Below, piece after piece: positions 50,136 through 59,515 of a DNA stretch of 64,000 nucleotides. The notes below the pieces were generated by a model. It did no database searches and was not told where the DNA came from. It was given only the letters and a program-made list of their open reading frames with translations. Numbering within the stretch: position 1 is the stretch's first letter; each line of letters opens with the position of its first letter. The position numbers were made by a program, and so were the translations under genes. Location of the stretch: positions 283,039-347,038 of the forward strand of contig QKIY01000028.1 in assembly GCA_003250975.1 (NCBI GenBank), in the 5' to 3' direction. Origin of the DNA: Gammaproteobacteria bacterium. GTDB lineage: Bacteria; Pseudomonadota; Gammaproteobacteria; Eutrophobiales; Eutrophobiaceae.

Positions 50136-50302
50136 ATTGCATAAATCCACGTCAGAAATTACATAAAATAAAGCGAGCACCCGTATCTAGCTTAGTAACC
50201 GAAGAACCCCGCCAACTGTTTACCGCCATCAAATCAGATAGGCAATAAGATTCTAAGCGGGCACAATGTTAGCAAAATATTGAAATTAATGAGACAAAAA
50301 CA

Positions 50303-50911
50303 TTGTCAGCTAATCTCTTCCAACAGGCTCGTTACCAGTTAAGCGCGCACACCCTTGCGCAATGCCCCGAGGACAGGGGTGCCGAGGTTGCCTTTGCAGG
50401 GCGATCAAATGTGGGTAAATCCAGCGTCATCAATGCGTTGACTGGCAATCATCGCTTGGCACGCACGAGCAAGACGCCCGGAAGGACTCAACAGCTTAAT
50501 TTTTTTGCCCTGAGTGAGACACGGCGGCTGGTAGATCTGCCGGGATACGGATATGCCAGGGTGCCGGAGAAGGTTCGCAAGCACTGGGGAAATGTGCTGC
50601 AGTCCTATTTTGAACAGAGGCGCTCACTCAAGGGCCTGGTCCTAATCATGGATATCCGTCATCCTCTGAGACCATATGACCGACAGTTGCTGACATGGTG
50701 CGAGGCCAGTTCCCTGCCCGCGCACATTGTCTTGAACAAGGCAGACAAATTGTCCCGGGGTGCGGCAAGCCAGGTACTACAGTCAGTCAAACGGGAGTTA
50801 TCGGGCGTAGGGGTATCAGTACAACTATTTTCGGCACAAAAGGGTACCGGTATTGAGGCCCTGCACGAGGTGTTGGCAGCGTGGCTGACTGGTGATTTAC
50901 CGGTAGACTGA
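50303..50911 (+). CDS. engB: Ribosome biogenesis GTPase YihA/EngB
   Basis: GRSNVGKS, SKTPGRT, DLPGYG and NKAD motifs. Confidence 0.96.
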   Translation: MSANLFQQARYQLSAHTLAQCPEDRGAEVAFAGRSNVGKSSVINALTGNHRLARTSKTPGRTQQLNFFALSETRRLVDLPGYGYARVPEKVRKHWGNVLQSYFEQRRSLKGLVLIMDIRHPLRPYDRQLLTWCEASSLPAHIVLNKADKLSRGAASQVLQSVKRELSGVGVSVQLFSAQKGTGIEALHEVLAAWLTGDLPVD

Positions 50912-51028
50912 AAAAAGATAGCCCCGGGGTGTTGTTAAGGGGAGAGGGCATCCCGGGGCTGAAAAACCCGGCTGGGGAGACCGGGAAAGCTTCATTCCTG
51001 GGGAGAGGAATGAATTATTTTGGGGTAC
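50911..51028 (-). ncRNA. Candidate sRNA with three C-rich stem-loops (Spot42/ErsA/sX13-locus type)
   Basis: Three hairpins each displaying (U)CUCCCC, terminal U-run, upstream sigmaE-type promoter, convergent with engB. Confidence 0.7.
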
Positions 51029-51032
51029 TTTA

Positions 51033-51060
51033 TTAGATAGAGACGGGCGGGTGAAAGTTC
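51033..51060 (-). promoter_or_regulatory. SigmaE/AlgU-type promoter
   Basis: Minus strand reads GAACTT-N17-TCTAA. Confidence 0.7.
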
Positions 51061-51096
51061 AACCCGGGTGCACAAAAATTGTGCTAGAGGCAATTG

Positions 51097-51310
51097 TTAT
51101 ACACAATTTCCACTTGATCCCATGTGCGATGCGGCTTTCAGCCCTGTTTTGCCGCTGTACGTCAATGATTGTGATATAATCTATTGATATTTAAAGATTT
51201 ATCACAGATGGTTAAAATTTGACAGTTTTGTCATACACGCGCTATTAAAGCCCATTAACGAGCTTTGTAAGTGCTTCGTCCACAGACTTATTCACAAAAA
51301 TTGTGGATAA
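51097..51310. promoter_or_regulatory. DnaA-box cluster with IHF site
   Basis: TTATACACA 51097-51105, TCGTCCACA 51276-51284, TTATTCACA 51288-51296, TGTGGATAA 51302-51310; IHF consensus TATCAATAGATTA (minus strand) at 51177-51189. Confidence 0.7.
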
Positions 51311-51408
51311 AAATTGAACAGTAACGTGAGCAGCACGTTAGAAAACTAAGCTCGAAATTACTTAAAAAAAACTAGCTAACTAAAATTTAGAAAGTGCGCC
51401 GCAGCATT

Positions 51409-52851
51409 CTATTCGATCACCTTTAACAGGCTGTCCTGAGGGGGTTCACCGGCAGGAAACATCGCATTGATAAGCCGGAGTTGTTCCTCGGGGAAAAACT
51501 TCAGCGGTGAGATCTGGGCCAGCTTGGTAAAACGCGTTTCCTTGTCAGCATGAACGATCTTTATAATCAGCGGCCTGGCTATTTCCCGTTCGTTTTCAGT
51601 AAGCCGGTGAAAGGATTTTGCACTGTCAAGGAAATGAGGGTCATAGTTTGGAAACAATGATTCGTTCTTGCAAGCACCTGCCAGGATATAGGCCCGGTTG
51701 TCGAAATAAATGACCGTAATACGTACGGTCTGGTTTTTTATGGTAGTGATGCCGGTATGGGCCTCATTGCCATTGATCGTCAGCGGCATGCCTTTCGTCA
51801 GTTGCTTGATACCCAGTCGTGTCGCTATAAACTCTCCCGGGGTGATTCGTTTGTTAATATCCTCCACGTTTACCTGCATGAGTGCCTTGCCGCCCGGGGC
51901 GGTGACCAGTAACTGGGTGGGGAAGTTCTTGATGATCCAGCCTTGTGGGAACTGCAGGGCAAAATCCAGTCCCGCATGATAAAAGTGCCCGTCTCTGGCA
52001 ACGCCATCACGCTCACTGTCGCCAAATGTCAGACCGTTTATCTCCTGCAGGTATATGTCCCTGTTGACGATCCCCCTTGATTTGCTGCGGTATTTATCCG
52101 CACTTGCGATCACCTCTTGCAGGCGTGTGTCGTTGTCCGGGTGAGTTGCGAATAGGCCATGATAGATATTGGGTTCCCGTCCTTCCGCCTTCGCCGCCTT
52201 TTTCTCGAATTCCTCTTGGTTTTTTAGAACGCGGATAACATCTAACATGGCCTGTGGGTCATAGTCGGTACGGGCGAGGTATTCCGCTCCGAGCTGATCG
52301 GCTTCCAATTCGTGATCACGGCCATAGCCCCTTAGCAATGCCGCGCCAAACAATTGTGCCAGCTGGTTGCCTGTTGCCCCCACGCCGGCAAGAATTGAAC
52401 CGATGGTCAGGCCGATATTGGTGATCTGGGCTGCGCTGTACTGCCTGACTGCATGGCGAGCTGTCACATGTCCAATTTCATGGCCCAGTACCGCGGCAAG
52501 TTCTGCCTCTGAATTCAAATAGGCCATCAATCCGCGAGTGATATAGATGTAACCGCCTGGCAGGGCAAAGGCATTGACCTCCTTGCTGTCCAGTACGGTA
52601 AACCGGTAGATCAGGTCACTGCGATGACTCTTCTCGGCCAGTCGCTCACCAACCGACTGCACATAGGCCTGTAATTCCGCGTTTTCATAGGTGGTGTACT
52701 GCTCCAGTACCTGCTGGTGTGTCTGGCGGCCTAGTGCGATCTCTTCTTGTTCCGACATCAATACTAGGTCCTGTTGGCCGGTGACCGGGTTGGTTGCGCA
52801 GCCGGATAACAGGCTGAAAAGAGTCAGGATGGAGAATAGGGCTTTGTACAT
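51409..52851 (-). CDS. M48 family Zn metalloprotease lipoprotein
   Basis: Lipobox LSGC; NAFALPGG, HEIGH, ELEADQLG and THP motifs. Confidence 0.92.
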   Translation of the reverse strand: MYKALFSILTLFSLLSGCATNPVTGQQDLVLMSEQEEIALGRQTHQQVLEQYTTYENAELQAYVQSVGERLAEKSHRSDLIYRFTVLDSKEVNAFALPGGYIYITRGLMAYLNSEAELAAVLGHEIGHVTARHAVRQYSAAQITNIGLTIGSILAGVGATGNQLAQLFGAALLRGYGRDHELEADQLGAEYLARTDYDPQAMLDVIRVLKNQEEFEKKAAKAEGREPNIYHGLFATHPDNDTRLQEVIASADKYRSKSRGIVNRDIYLQEINGLTFGDSERDGVARDGHFYHAGLDFALQFPQGWIIKNFPTQLLVTAPGGKALMQVNVEDINKRITPGEFIATRLGIKQLTKGMPLTINGNEAHTGITTIKNQTVRITVIYFDNRAYILAGACKNESLFPNYDPHFLDSAKSFHRLTENEREIARPLIIKIVHADKETRFTKLAQISPLKFFPEEQLRLINAMFPAGEPPQDSLLKVIE

Positions 52852-52930
52852 AGGTAGATCTTAAGACAGGCAGGAAAAAAGATCAGTTCCCCCCGGCCTG
52901 AACAGCCAATTAAGGCAGGGGATCAGAATG

Positions 52931-52958
52931 CAAAAAGCGCCCCGGTAGGCGCTTTTTG
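52931..52958 (-). terminator. Intrinsic terminator downstream of rpmE
   Basis: CAAAAAGCGCC-CCGGTA-GGCGCTTTTTG. Confidence 0.85.
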
Positions 52959-52988
52959 ACGAAAATCTTCCGAATATAAGACCTGTCT

Positions 52989-53192
52989 TTACATGCCGTA
53001 TTTACGGCGGAATTTGTCCACTCGCCCGCCGGTATCAAGAATCTTCTGCTGCCCGGTATAAAAAGGGTGGCATTCAGAACAGACGTCAATATGCAAGTCC
53101 TTGTCACCGTGGGTTGAACGGGTCTTGAAGCTGTTGCCACAGCTGCAGGTAACCGTTATCTCCTGGTAAGTGGGATGGATGTCAGTTTTCAT
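52989..53192 (-). CDS. rpmE: 50S ribosomal protein L31 (Zn-binding form)
   Basis: [21 protein letters not shown] and GRVDKF motifs. Confidence 0.97.
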   Translation of the reverse strand: MKTDIHPTYQEITVTCSCGNSFKTRSTHGDKDLHIDVCSECHPFYTGQQKILDTGGRVDKFRRKYGM

Positions 53193-53274
53193 AGTCTAAT
53201 GCTAGGTCATAATTGACTTCGTTGCTCAGGGGGCGGGAGTTTATGTGAATATTGTCCCGTTCGCAAATGGATTA

Positions 53275-54051
53275 TTAGCCCCGGAGCCTGAATTCTGCCA
53301 CGACGGGTGCATGGTCTGAAGGTCGTTCCAGCTTGCGGGGAGCCTTGTCTATACGGCATGACAGACAGCGCGCGGCCATTTCAGGGTTTACGAGGATATG
53401 GTCTATACGTAGGCCGCGGTTTCTCCGAAAGGCGGCCGCACGGTAATCCCACCAGGAGAAACTTTTTTCCTCCTGTGGAAAGAGTCTGAAGGCGTCTTTC
53501 ATTCCGATGTCCAGCAAGCGCTGAAATTCTGCCCGTTCCTTTGGGCTGACCAGCACCGAGCCCTCCCATTCATCAGGGTCGTGGACATCGCGGTCTTCCG
53601 GGGCGATATTGAGATCGCCCAGCAGCAGGATCTTCTCCTTGTTAGATAGCAGCTGTTTAACCAGCCCATGCAGGTGTGAAAACCATTCAAGCTTGTAGGC
53701 ATATTTTTCAGATCCGACGGAGGAGCCATTGGGTGCATACAGGTTCAGTATGTAAATTCCGTGAATTTCGGCACCGATAACCCGCTTTTGCGTATCAGTA
53801 AAATCAGGCAGGGCAATAAGGGTATTTTCCGCTGGAAAGCGGGTGATGGTAGCGACGCCATTATAGGTGGGCTGGCCGGAATAGATAGCCTGGTAACCCA
53901 TGTCCCTGAATTCTTCGTCCGGGAAATTCTCATCTCTGAGTTTTGTTTCCTGTAGTGCGAACACATCCGGTTTTTCCTGCTCCAGCCATTGCAGGACGTG
54001 GGGCAGGCGTACACGCAGGGAGTTAACATTCCAGGTCGCAATCTTGAACAT
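53275..54051 (-). CDS. xth: Exodeoxyribonuclease III
   Basis: WNVNS, QETK, GDLNIAP, WWDYR, RIDH and SDHAP motifs. Confidence 0.95.
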   Translation of the reverse strand: MFKIATWNVNSLRVRLPHVLQWLEQEKPDVFALQETKLRDENFPDEEFRDMGYQAIYSGQPTYNGVATITRFPAENTLIALPDFTDTQKRVIGAEIHGIYILNLYAPNGSSVGSEKYAYKLEWFSHLHGLVKQLLSNKEKILLLGDLNIAPEDRDVHDPDEWEGSVLVSPKERAEFQRLLDIGMKDAFRLFPQEEKSFSWWDYRAAAFRRNRGLRIDHILVNPEMAARCLSCRIDKAPRKLERPSDHAPVVAEFRLRG

Positions 54052-54081
54052 GGCCAGGACGTTAAAATGGTTTGCTCGATG

Positions 54082-54834
54082 CTAGACCCTGAACCCGCCG
54101 TGCCGACGTCGGACGATAAGGTCCATAGCATACAGGCCGACGCCAACACCCACTAGAAGTGAAAGAAGTATACTCAGAACAAGTGTCACCCAGTTCGTGT
54201 TATTGTCATCTTTGGAGCCGGAAGTCTTCTGTTTGGCGAGAATGGTGTGCAGGTTATCGATTTCCGCTGATAACTCCTTGTTTTTGACCGTCAGTTCATC
54301 AATCTGTTTCATCAGGCCCGCCGTCTTGTTATTTTTGTTGAGATTCTTGCGTAGATCATCGATCTGCCCCTGTAACTGCCCCACCCTGACACGTTCTGAT
54401 TTCAGCAGTTTTTTGAGTTCATCGTTTTCCTTGTTAAGGGCGACGAAATGTTCGGCATTGGTTTTGTCAGCATCGTACTTTTCATAGTCTGCCAGTTTAT
54501 CCTGAACAGTAGCGAGCTCTGTTTCTAGCTGTGTAATCTTTTCCTTGGATTGTTCGAGGCTGACCAGTGACGGGGGGTCCTCGGTCAGGTAGCGCTGATC
54601 GATCCAGCCGCGAACACCATCCGGGTCCTTAACCAGACTCATGGAAGCGCCTTTCTGTACCACCTCCAGCGCTGTACCGCTGGGCAGGGTTTTTATGATG
54701 GCGGAATCAAGGTCTTCATTCTGGTGCAAACCAACCAGCACCTTGTCGTCTATGTAGACCATCTCAACTGCTAATAACAGGAACGGCCAAAACAGGCAGA
54801 GTGATAGAATGAATTTGTTCAAGGTTTTAATCAT
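54082..54834 (-). CDS. SH3 domain/coiled-coil membrane protein (YgiM-like)
   Basis: Signal peptide, SH3b-like L.SGT.LEV...GWI...YL, coiled coil, C-terminal TM. Confidence 0.75.
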   Translation of the reverse strand: MIKTLNKFILSLCLFWPFLLLAVEMVYIDDKVLVGLHQNEDLDSAIIKTLPSGTALEVVQKGASMSLVKDPDGVRGWIDQRYLTEDPPSLVSLEQSKEKITQLETELATVQDKLADYEKYDADKTNAEHFVALNKENDELKKLLKSERVRVGQLQGQIDDLRKNLNKNNKTAGLMKQIDELTVKNKELSAEIDNLHTILAKQKTSGSKDDNNTNWVTLVLSILLSLLVGVGVGLYAMDLIVRRRHGGFRV

Positions 54835-56885
54835 CAGGCAGCAATCCCCGAGTGGCGTAACAGGGCGTCGATACTGGGTTCCCTGCCACGAAATTCAATA
54901 AACAGATCCATGGGATCGCGCGATCCCCCCTGCTCAAGGATGGTTTTCAGAAATGATCGCCCGGTCTCCTTGTTAAAGATGCCGGTTTCCTCAAAGCTGG
55001 AAAAGGCATCGGCCGACAATACTTCGGCCCACTTATAACTATAGTATCCTGCTGCATAACCACCTGCAAAAATGTGTGAAAAGCTGTGTTGAAAACGGTT
55101 GAATTTCGGTGGTATTACCACGGCAACATCCTTGCGGACCTGATCGATCAGAGATTGGATGTCAACGGAATGCAAACCGGTGTATTCAAGATGTAGCCGG
55201 AAGTCAAACAATGCAAACTCTAGTTGCCTGACCATCTGCATGCCGGCATGAAATGTCTTGCTGCTATAGAGGCGGTTAAACAGGTCATCATTTATCTTTT
55301 CGCCGGTCTTGTAATGCCTGCCAATCAGGTCCAGAGAGTCCTTTTCCCAGCACCAGTTTTCCATAAACTGGCTGGGCAACTCCACTGCGTCCCATGGGAC
55401 GCCATTGATTCCGGCAACCGCGGGGTAATCTACCCGGGTCAGCATATGATGTAAGCCGTGGCCAAACTCATGAAACAGCGTGGTAACCTCTTCATGTGTC
55501 AGCAGGGCGGGATCATTACCGATAGGCGGCGTAAAATTACAGGTCAGGTATGCCACAGGCGACTGGACTCCGTCACGGGTTTTCTTGCGGACAACACATT
55601 CATCCATCCATGCACCGCCGCGTTTGTGTGGCCGGGCATAAAGGTCCAGATAAAAGCTTCCCCTCAAGGTGTTGTCTGCGTCATAGATATCAAAAAACTG
55701 CACGTCAGGATGCCAGGTATCAACATTGTTACGGGGCAGTATCGTCAGGTCATAGAGTCGATTTACAATTGAAAACAGTCCATTGAGTACACTGGGTAAG
55801 GGGAAATAAGGCCGGAGTTCCTCCTGTGATAATTTGAATTTATGTTGTTTCAGTTTTTCAGAATAATAGGTGATATCCCAAGCAGCCAGTTTATTAGCCC
55901 GATGTTTCTCTCGGGCAAATGATTCAAGTTCAGCATATTCTTCCAGAGCCCGTTCCCGCGAACGCGCAGCGAGGTCCTTGAGAAAATCCAGCACCTCTGC
56001 AGGATCCCTCGCCATCTTTTTTGCGAGTGAATAGTGGGCAAAGGTTTCGTAACCGAGCAGGAGGGCAAGCTGGTGACGGGCCGCCATGATCTCATGCATG
56101 ATCTCGCTGTTGTCCCATTGGCCCTTGTTCGGTCCGTTGTCTGATGCACGGGTGACATATGCGGTATACAATTCCTTGCGCAATTCCCTGTCCGTCGCGT
56201 ATTGCATGACCGGCATATAGGAAGGGAAGTCCAGGGTCAGCACCCAGCCGTCGAGACCCTCTCTTTTCGCCATCTGATCCGCCAGTGCCAGCGCGGACTC
56301 GGGCAGGCCATCCAGGTGTGAAACATTCGTTACGTGTTTTTTCCAGGCGTGTGTCGCATCCAGCAGGTTTTCCTCAAAACGTGTTTGTAACCTGGATAGC
56401 TGCATTTGGAGTGCCTTGAATTTTTTCCTGGATTTCTTGTCCAGTTCTATACCGGAGAGTCGAAAATCACGCAGGGCGTTTTCAATGATTTTCTGTTGTG
56501 CTACGGAGAGAGTTTTTAATTCCTCACTGTCTGCAACAGATTTATAGGCGTCATACAGGTCCTCATTCTGACCCATGTCGGAGGCATACTCTGAAAGTTT
56601 TTCAATACAATGGTTATATGCCTTGCGGAGGGCTTCGTTGTCTGCCACCGCGTGCAAATGGCTGGCTGGCGACCAGGCACGATTTAATTGATCATCAAGT
56701 TCTTCCAGGGCATGAATGGTGTTATCCCAGCTTATATCTTTCCTGTTCTTAACCAGCTTATCTATTTGCTGGCGGTTTTCCTGCAACAAATAGTCTATGG
56801 CGGGCTCGATGTGTTCCGGCTTGATCTTGCTGAATTGCGGCAAGTGGCTGTGTTCCAGCAAGGGGTTTTCCAGGGGTTTTGTCAT
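54834..56885 (-). CDS. prlC: Oligopeptidase A (M3 family)
   Basis: HEFGHGLH, WDAVELPSQ and HIFAGGYAAGYYSYKWAE motifs. Confidence 0.96.
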   Translation of the reverse strand: MTKPLENPLLEHSHLPQFSKIKPEHIEPAIDYLLQENRQQIDKLVKNRKDISWDNTIHALEELDDQLNRAWSPASHLHAVADNEALRKAYNHCIEKLSEYASDMGQNEDLYDAYKSVADSEELKTLSVAQQKIIENALRDFRLSGIELDKKSRKKFKALQMQLSRLQTRFEENLLDATHAWKKHVTNVSHLDGLPESALALADQMAKREGLDGWVLTLDFPSYMPVMQYATDRELRKELYTAYVTRASDNGPNKGQWDNSEIMHEIMAARHQLALLLGYETFAHYSLAKKMARDPAEVLDFLKDLAARSRERALEEYAELESFAREKHRANKLAAWDITYYSEKLKQHKFKLSQEELRPYFPLPSVLNGLFSIVNRLYDLTILPRNNVDTWHPDVQFFDIYDADNTLRGSFYLDLYARPHKRGGAWMDECVVRKKTRDGVQSPVAYLTCNFTPPIGNDPALLTHEEVTTLFHEFGHGLHHMLTRVDYPAVAGINGVPWDAVELPSQFMENWCWEKDSLDLIGRHYKTGEKINDDLFNRLYSSKTFHAGMQMVRQLEFALFDFRLHLEYTGLHSVDIQSLIDQVRKDVAVVIPPKFNRFQHSFSHIFAGGYAAGYYSYKWAEVLSADAFSSFEETGIFNKETGRSFLKTILEQGGSRDPMDLFIEFRGREPSIDALLRHSGIAA

Positions 56886-56921
56886 AAAATATCGATGTCA
56901 GTAATTAATATACGATCTATA

Positions 56922-57860
56922 TTATTGGGCCAATCTGATTCCGATCAACCATACTGCAAGTATTCCGGCGAGAAAAAAACCTGTAATACCGAAGATTGAG
57001 TAGCGGGTCAGCCTTTTTAACAGGCGTGACTCAGTAACTGCCGACAGGACATAGGGACGCCTTGTATCACCGGTTTTTCCCATCGTGTTTACAGGCGGGA
57101 TTCGCCGCAGTTCGGCATGCCGTGCGAGTACTTCTTCTAGTGCCCGTTTCCGGACCTCCTCCCATTCGTCGATGTCCAACTCGCCGTTCTTATCCAGGTC
57201 ATGTTCCTCGAGCAGTGTTTCACTGTGTTGCTTCCATTCCCTGAGAAGCTCACGAACGTCGTTGTTAACATCCATATCGTCACGGTCACCACCGCGGGTA
57301 ATAAAAAGACCGATCGCATACAAGGGATCACCGGGATGCATTCTTTTTTCTGTATAACGGTAGCGATTCAGTCCCAAGTGATACCAGCGGCGCATCTTAC
57401 TCCCCCGGTAGTTTTCAGGGAAGCGGGTATGCCCATGCCAGATATCCGTAATGGAGGGAATGACCTCTGCCCCTTCCGGGTCAATCAAGACCCGGCCGGT
57501 GTCGTCAACCAGGAGGAAGAGGCCGTCACTTTCACCATGCTCCACAGTGATCCAGTGCGAGCGTTTGCTGGAACGGCGGTATTCTTCGATGCGGTAGCTG
57601 AACCAGGTACAGATGTTTCCTGTCAGCGGTCCCTTGATCGTCTCGCCGATTATCAACTCGCCGTGGCCGATAAGTTCTGTATAGCCCTGGGCAGCAGAAC
57701 GAACCTTTGCTGTCGGAGTATCTTGCATGATACGGATGCGAATCAGGTAGTAAAAGGCAGCGGCAAAACCTGCGAGGCTGAGTATGATCAGCGCGATAGT
57801 CAGCTTCCAGAATTCATCCACCGGGGAATTGATGGCCCAAGCGGTGGCTGAATCCAGCAT
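56922..57860 (-). CDS. Two-TM membrane protein, GIDE-domain-like, with an EF-hand
   Basis: TM - I.DTPTAKVRSAAQGY.EL.G - F.L.DDTG...IDPEGA - RYTE..M.PGD.LYAIG - TM; loop DLDKNGELDIDE at 57165-57200. Confidence 0.72.
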   Translation of the reverse strand: MLDSATAWAINSPVDEFWKLTIALIILSLAGFAAAFYYLIRIRIMQDTPTAKVRSAAQGYTELIGHGELIIGETIKGPLTGNICTWFSYRIEEYRRSSKRSHWITVEHGESDGLFLLVDDTGRVLIDPEGAEVIPSITDIWHGHTRFPENYRGSKMRRWYHLGLNRYRYTEKRMHPGDPLYAIGLFITRGGDRDDMDVNNDVRELLREWKQHSETLLEEHDLDKNGELDIDEWEEVRKRALEEVLARHAELRRIPPVNTMGKTGDTRRPYVLSAVTESRLLKRLTRYSIFGITGFFLAGILAVWLIGIRLAQ

Positions 57861-57883
57861 CTTATACCAACAGTAAGGCGGAC

Positions 57884-58456
57884 CTAGCTGAACAGCGCAG
57901 TTACATCAACATCCGATGTTTCGTTCTCGCTGAATTCCAGTAATTGCCGTGGACCAAAACCAAACATGCGAGCAAGGATTACATCGGGGAATTGCTCTAT
58001 CCGGATATTGTTCACGTTGACGCTCTCATTATAAAACTCGCGCCGGTCAGCAATGGCATTTTCCAGGTCGGAGATACGCCCCTGCAGGTGCTTGAAGGTA
58101 TCATTGGCTTTGAGGTCCGGGTAGGCCTCGGCCAGGGCAAATAGCTTGCCAAGTCCCAGGCGAAGCTCAGTCTCGGCTGGTCCCAGCGAGCCCACGTCAC
58201 CCTGCTCACGGGCATTGGACACGGCCGCCCTGGCCTGCATCACCCGTTCCAGAGTCTCCTGTTCATAACCCATATATTGCTTGCAGGTTTCGACCAGTTT
58301 GGGCAACTCGTCGTGGCGCTGCTTGAGCAGGACGTCAATATTTGACCAGGACCTGGAGACGTTATGTTTGAGTGAAACCAGGTTATTATAGATTACGATG
58401 CCATAAAGCAGCGTGGCTATGATTGTCCCGAGCAGAATGAAACTGATAATTTCCAC
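57884..58456 (-). CDS. lemA: LemA family protein
   Basis: YNNLV, WSNIDVLLKQR.D, EAYPDLKA and LEN.I..RR.FYN..V motifs. Confidence 0.95.
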   Translation of the reverse strand: MEIISFILLGTIIATLLYGIVIYNNLVSLKHNVSRSWSNIDVLLKQRHDELPKLVETCKQYMGYEQETLERVMQARAAVSNAREQGDVGSLGPAETELRLGLGKLFALAEAYPDLKANDTFKHLQGRISDLENAIADRREFYNESVNVNNIRIEQFPDVILARMFGFGPRQLLEFSENETSDVDVTALFS

Positions 58457-58607
58457 GGAAACCTCCAGAAGGCAGTCATGAATCCACTGTGTAATGTCAG
58501 AAATTTACCGCAGCATTCTGGCATTGCTTATTATTAAGCTTAATGTATTTACTATACTGTGGCTATTAAACGGGTGCACAACAGAATTATATATAGGGAG
58601 AAAAATT

Positions 58608-59072
58608 ATGCGGGGTGACAAAAAAGTCATCGAATTCCTGAATCAGGCCTTGAAGAATGAGTTGACTGCCATCAACCAGTATTTCCTGCATGCCAGGATG
58701 TTCAAAAATTGGGGTTACAGCGCCTTGAATGAGCATGAATATCATGAATCCGTGGATGAAATGAAACACGCGGATGCCCTGGTGGAACAGATCCTGTTCC
58801 TTGAGGGATTGCCCAATCTGCAGAAGCTCGGGAAACTGTATGTTGGTGAATCCCCGAAGGAGATATTGGAGGGCGATCTTAAACTGGAACTTGAAGCTAT
58901 GCCGTTGCTACGTGAGGCTATAGCTTATTGTGAAACATGCCAGGATTATGTCTCCAGAGAATTGCTGGAAGGGATACTGAAGAACGAAGAGGAGCATGTT
59001 GACTGGCTGGAAACCCAGCTCGGGCTGATCAAGGAACTGGGTCTGGAGACCTATCTTCAAACAAAGATATAA
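58608..59072 (+). CDS. bfr: Bacterioferritin
   Basis: [26 protein letters not shown] and EEEHVDWLE motifs; start set at ATG 58608. Confidence 0.97.
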   Translation: MRGDKKVIEFLNQALKNELTAINQYFLHARMFKNWGYSALNEHEYHESVDEMKHADALVEQILFLEGLPNLQKLGKLYVGESPKEILEGDLKLELEAMPLLREAIAYCETCQDYVSRELLEGILKNEEEHVDWLETQLGLIKELGLETYLQTKI

Positions 59073-59103
59073 TGTAACTAACTGATATATATGGAATAAA
59101 ATT

Positions 59104-59132
59104 AATATCCCTTGATTCAGGGATATTTTTTT
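59104..59132 (+). terminator. Intrinsic terminator of bfr
   Basis: AATATCCCT-TGATTC-AGGGATATT followed by a T-run. Confidence 0.8.
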
Positions 59133-59144
59133 GCCATTCTTACT

Positions 59145-59163
59145 GATAATGATTATTATTTAG
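59145..59163. promoter_or_regulatory. Fur box upstream of bfd
   Basis: GATAATGATTATTATTTAG, 14/19 match to GATAATGATAATCATTATC; further GATTAT hexamers up to 59180. Confidence 0.75.
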
Positions 59164-59202
59164 ATTATGATTATATAATCAACTTGGAGTGAAAAACACA
59201 CA

Positions 59203-59403
59203 ATGATTGTTTGTCTTTGTAATGCCATCAGTGAGCGCGAAATTATCCAGGCAGCTAATGAGGGCGCTTCTACACTGGAACACCTTTCAGATCGCCTTAA
59301 CTTAGGGGCTTGTTGTGGTGCCTGCATGGACTGTGCCGCCGATTGTCTGGCCAGCTTGAAAAATATAAACAGAAAAAACGGGGATTCTGCAAAGATATTG
59401 TAA
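59203..59403 (+). CDS. bfd: Bacterioferritin-associated ferredoxin
   Basis: MIVCLCNAI...CCGAC [2Fe-2S] motif. Confidence 0.93.
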   Translation: MIVCLCNAISEREIIQAANEGASTLEHLSDRLNLGACCGACMDCAADCLASLKNINRKNGDSAKIL

Positions 59404-59515
59404 GCGTTGTCCGGTGACCGCTTGCCGGTTTGTTGTCCTTCTGCCAATGGTTTTGCATTCCTTAGTAATTATTAACACTGTCACATTAGCCAGAAATATT
59501 AACGGGAGAGATATC

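Noticed and set aside
50920-51014. Hairpin series as a CRISPR array or REP elements
   Set aside because: Stems differ, only the 6-7-nt loop motif repeats, there are no spacers or cas genes, and no other copies were noticed
58494-58607. N-terminal extensions given by the ORF track for bfr (also pyrE, pmbA, cc4, porin, hemD)
   Set aside because: Downstream ATGs match family N-termini, several with a clear RBS; the extensions look like longest-ORF artefacts
59430-59460. Sigma54-like TGCCAATGGTTTTGCA upstream of the porin
   Set aside because: Lacks the invariant -24 GG
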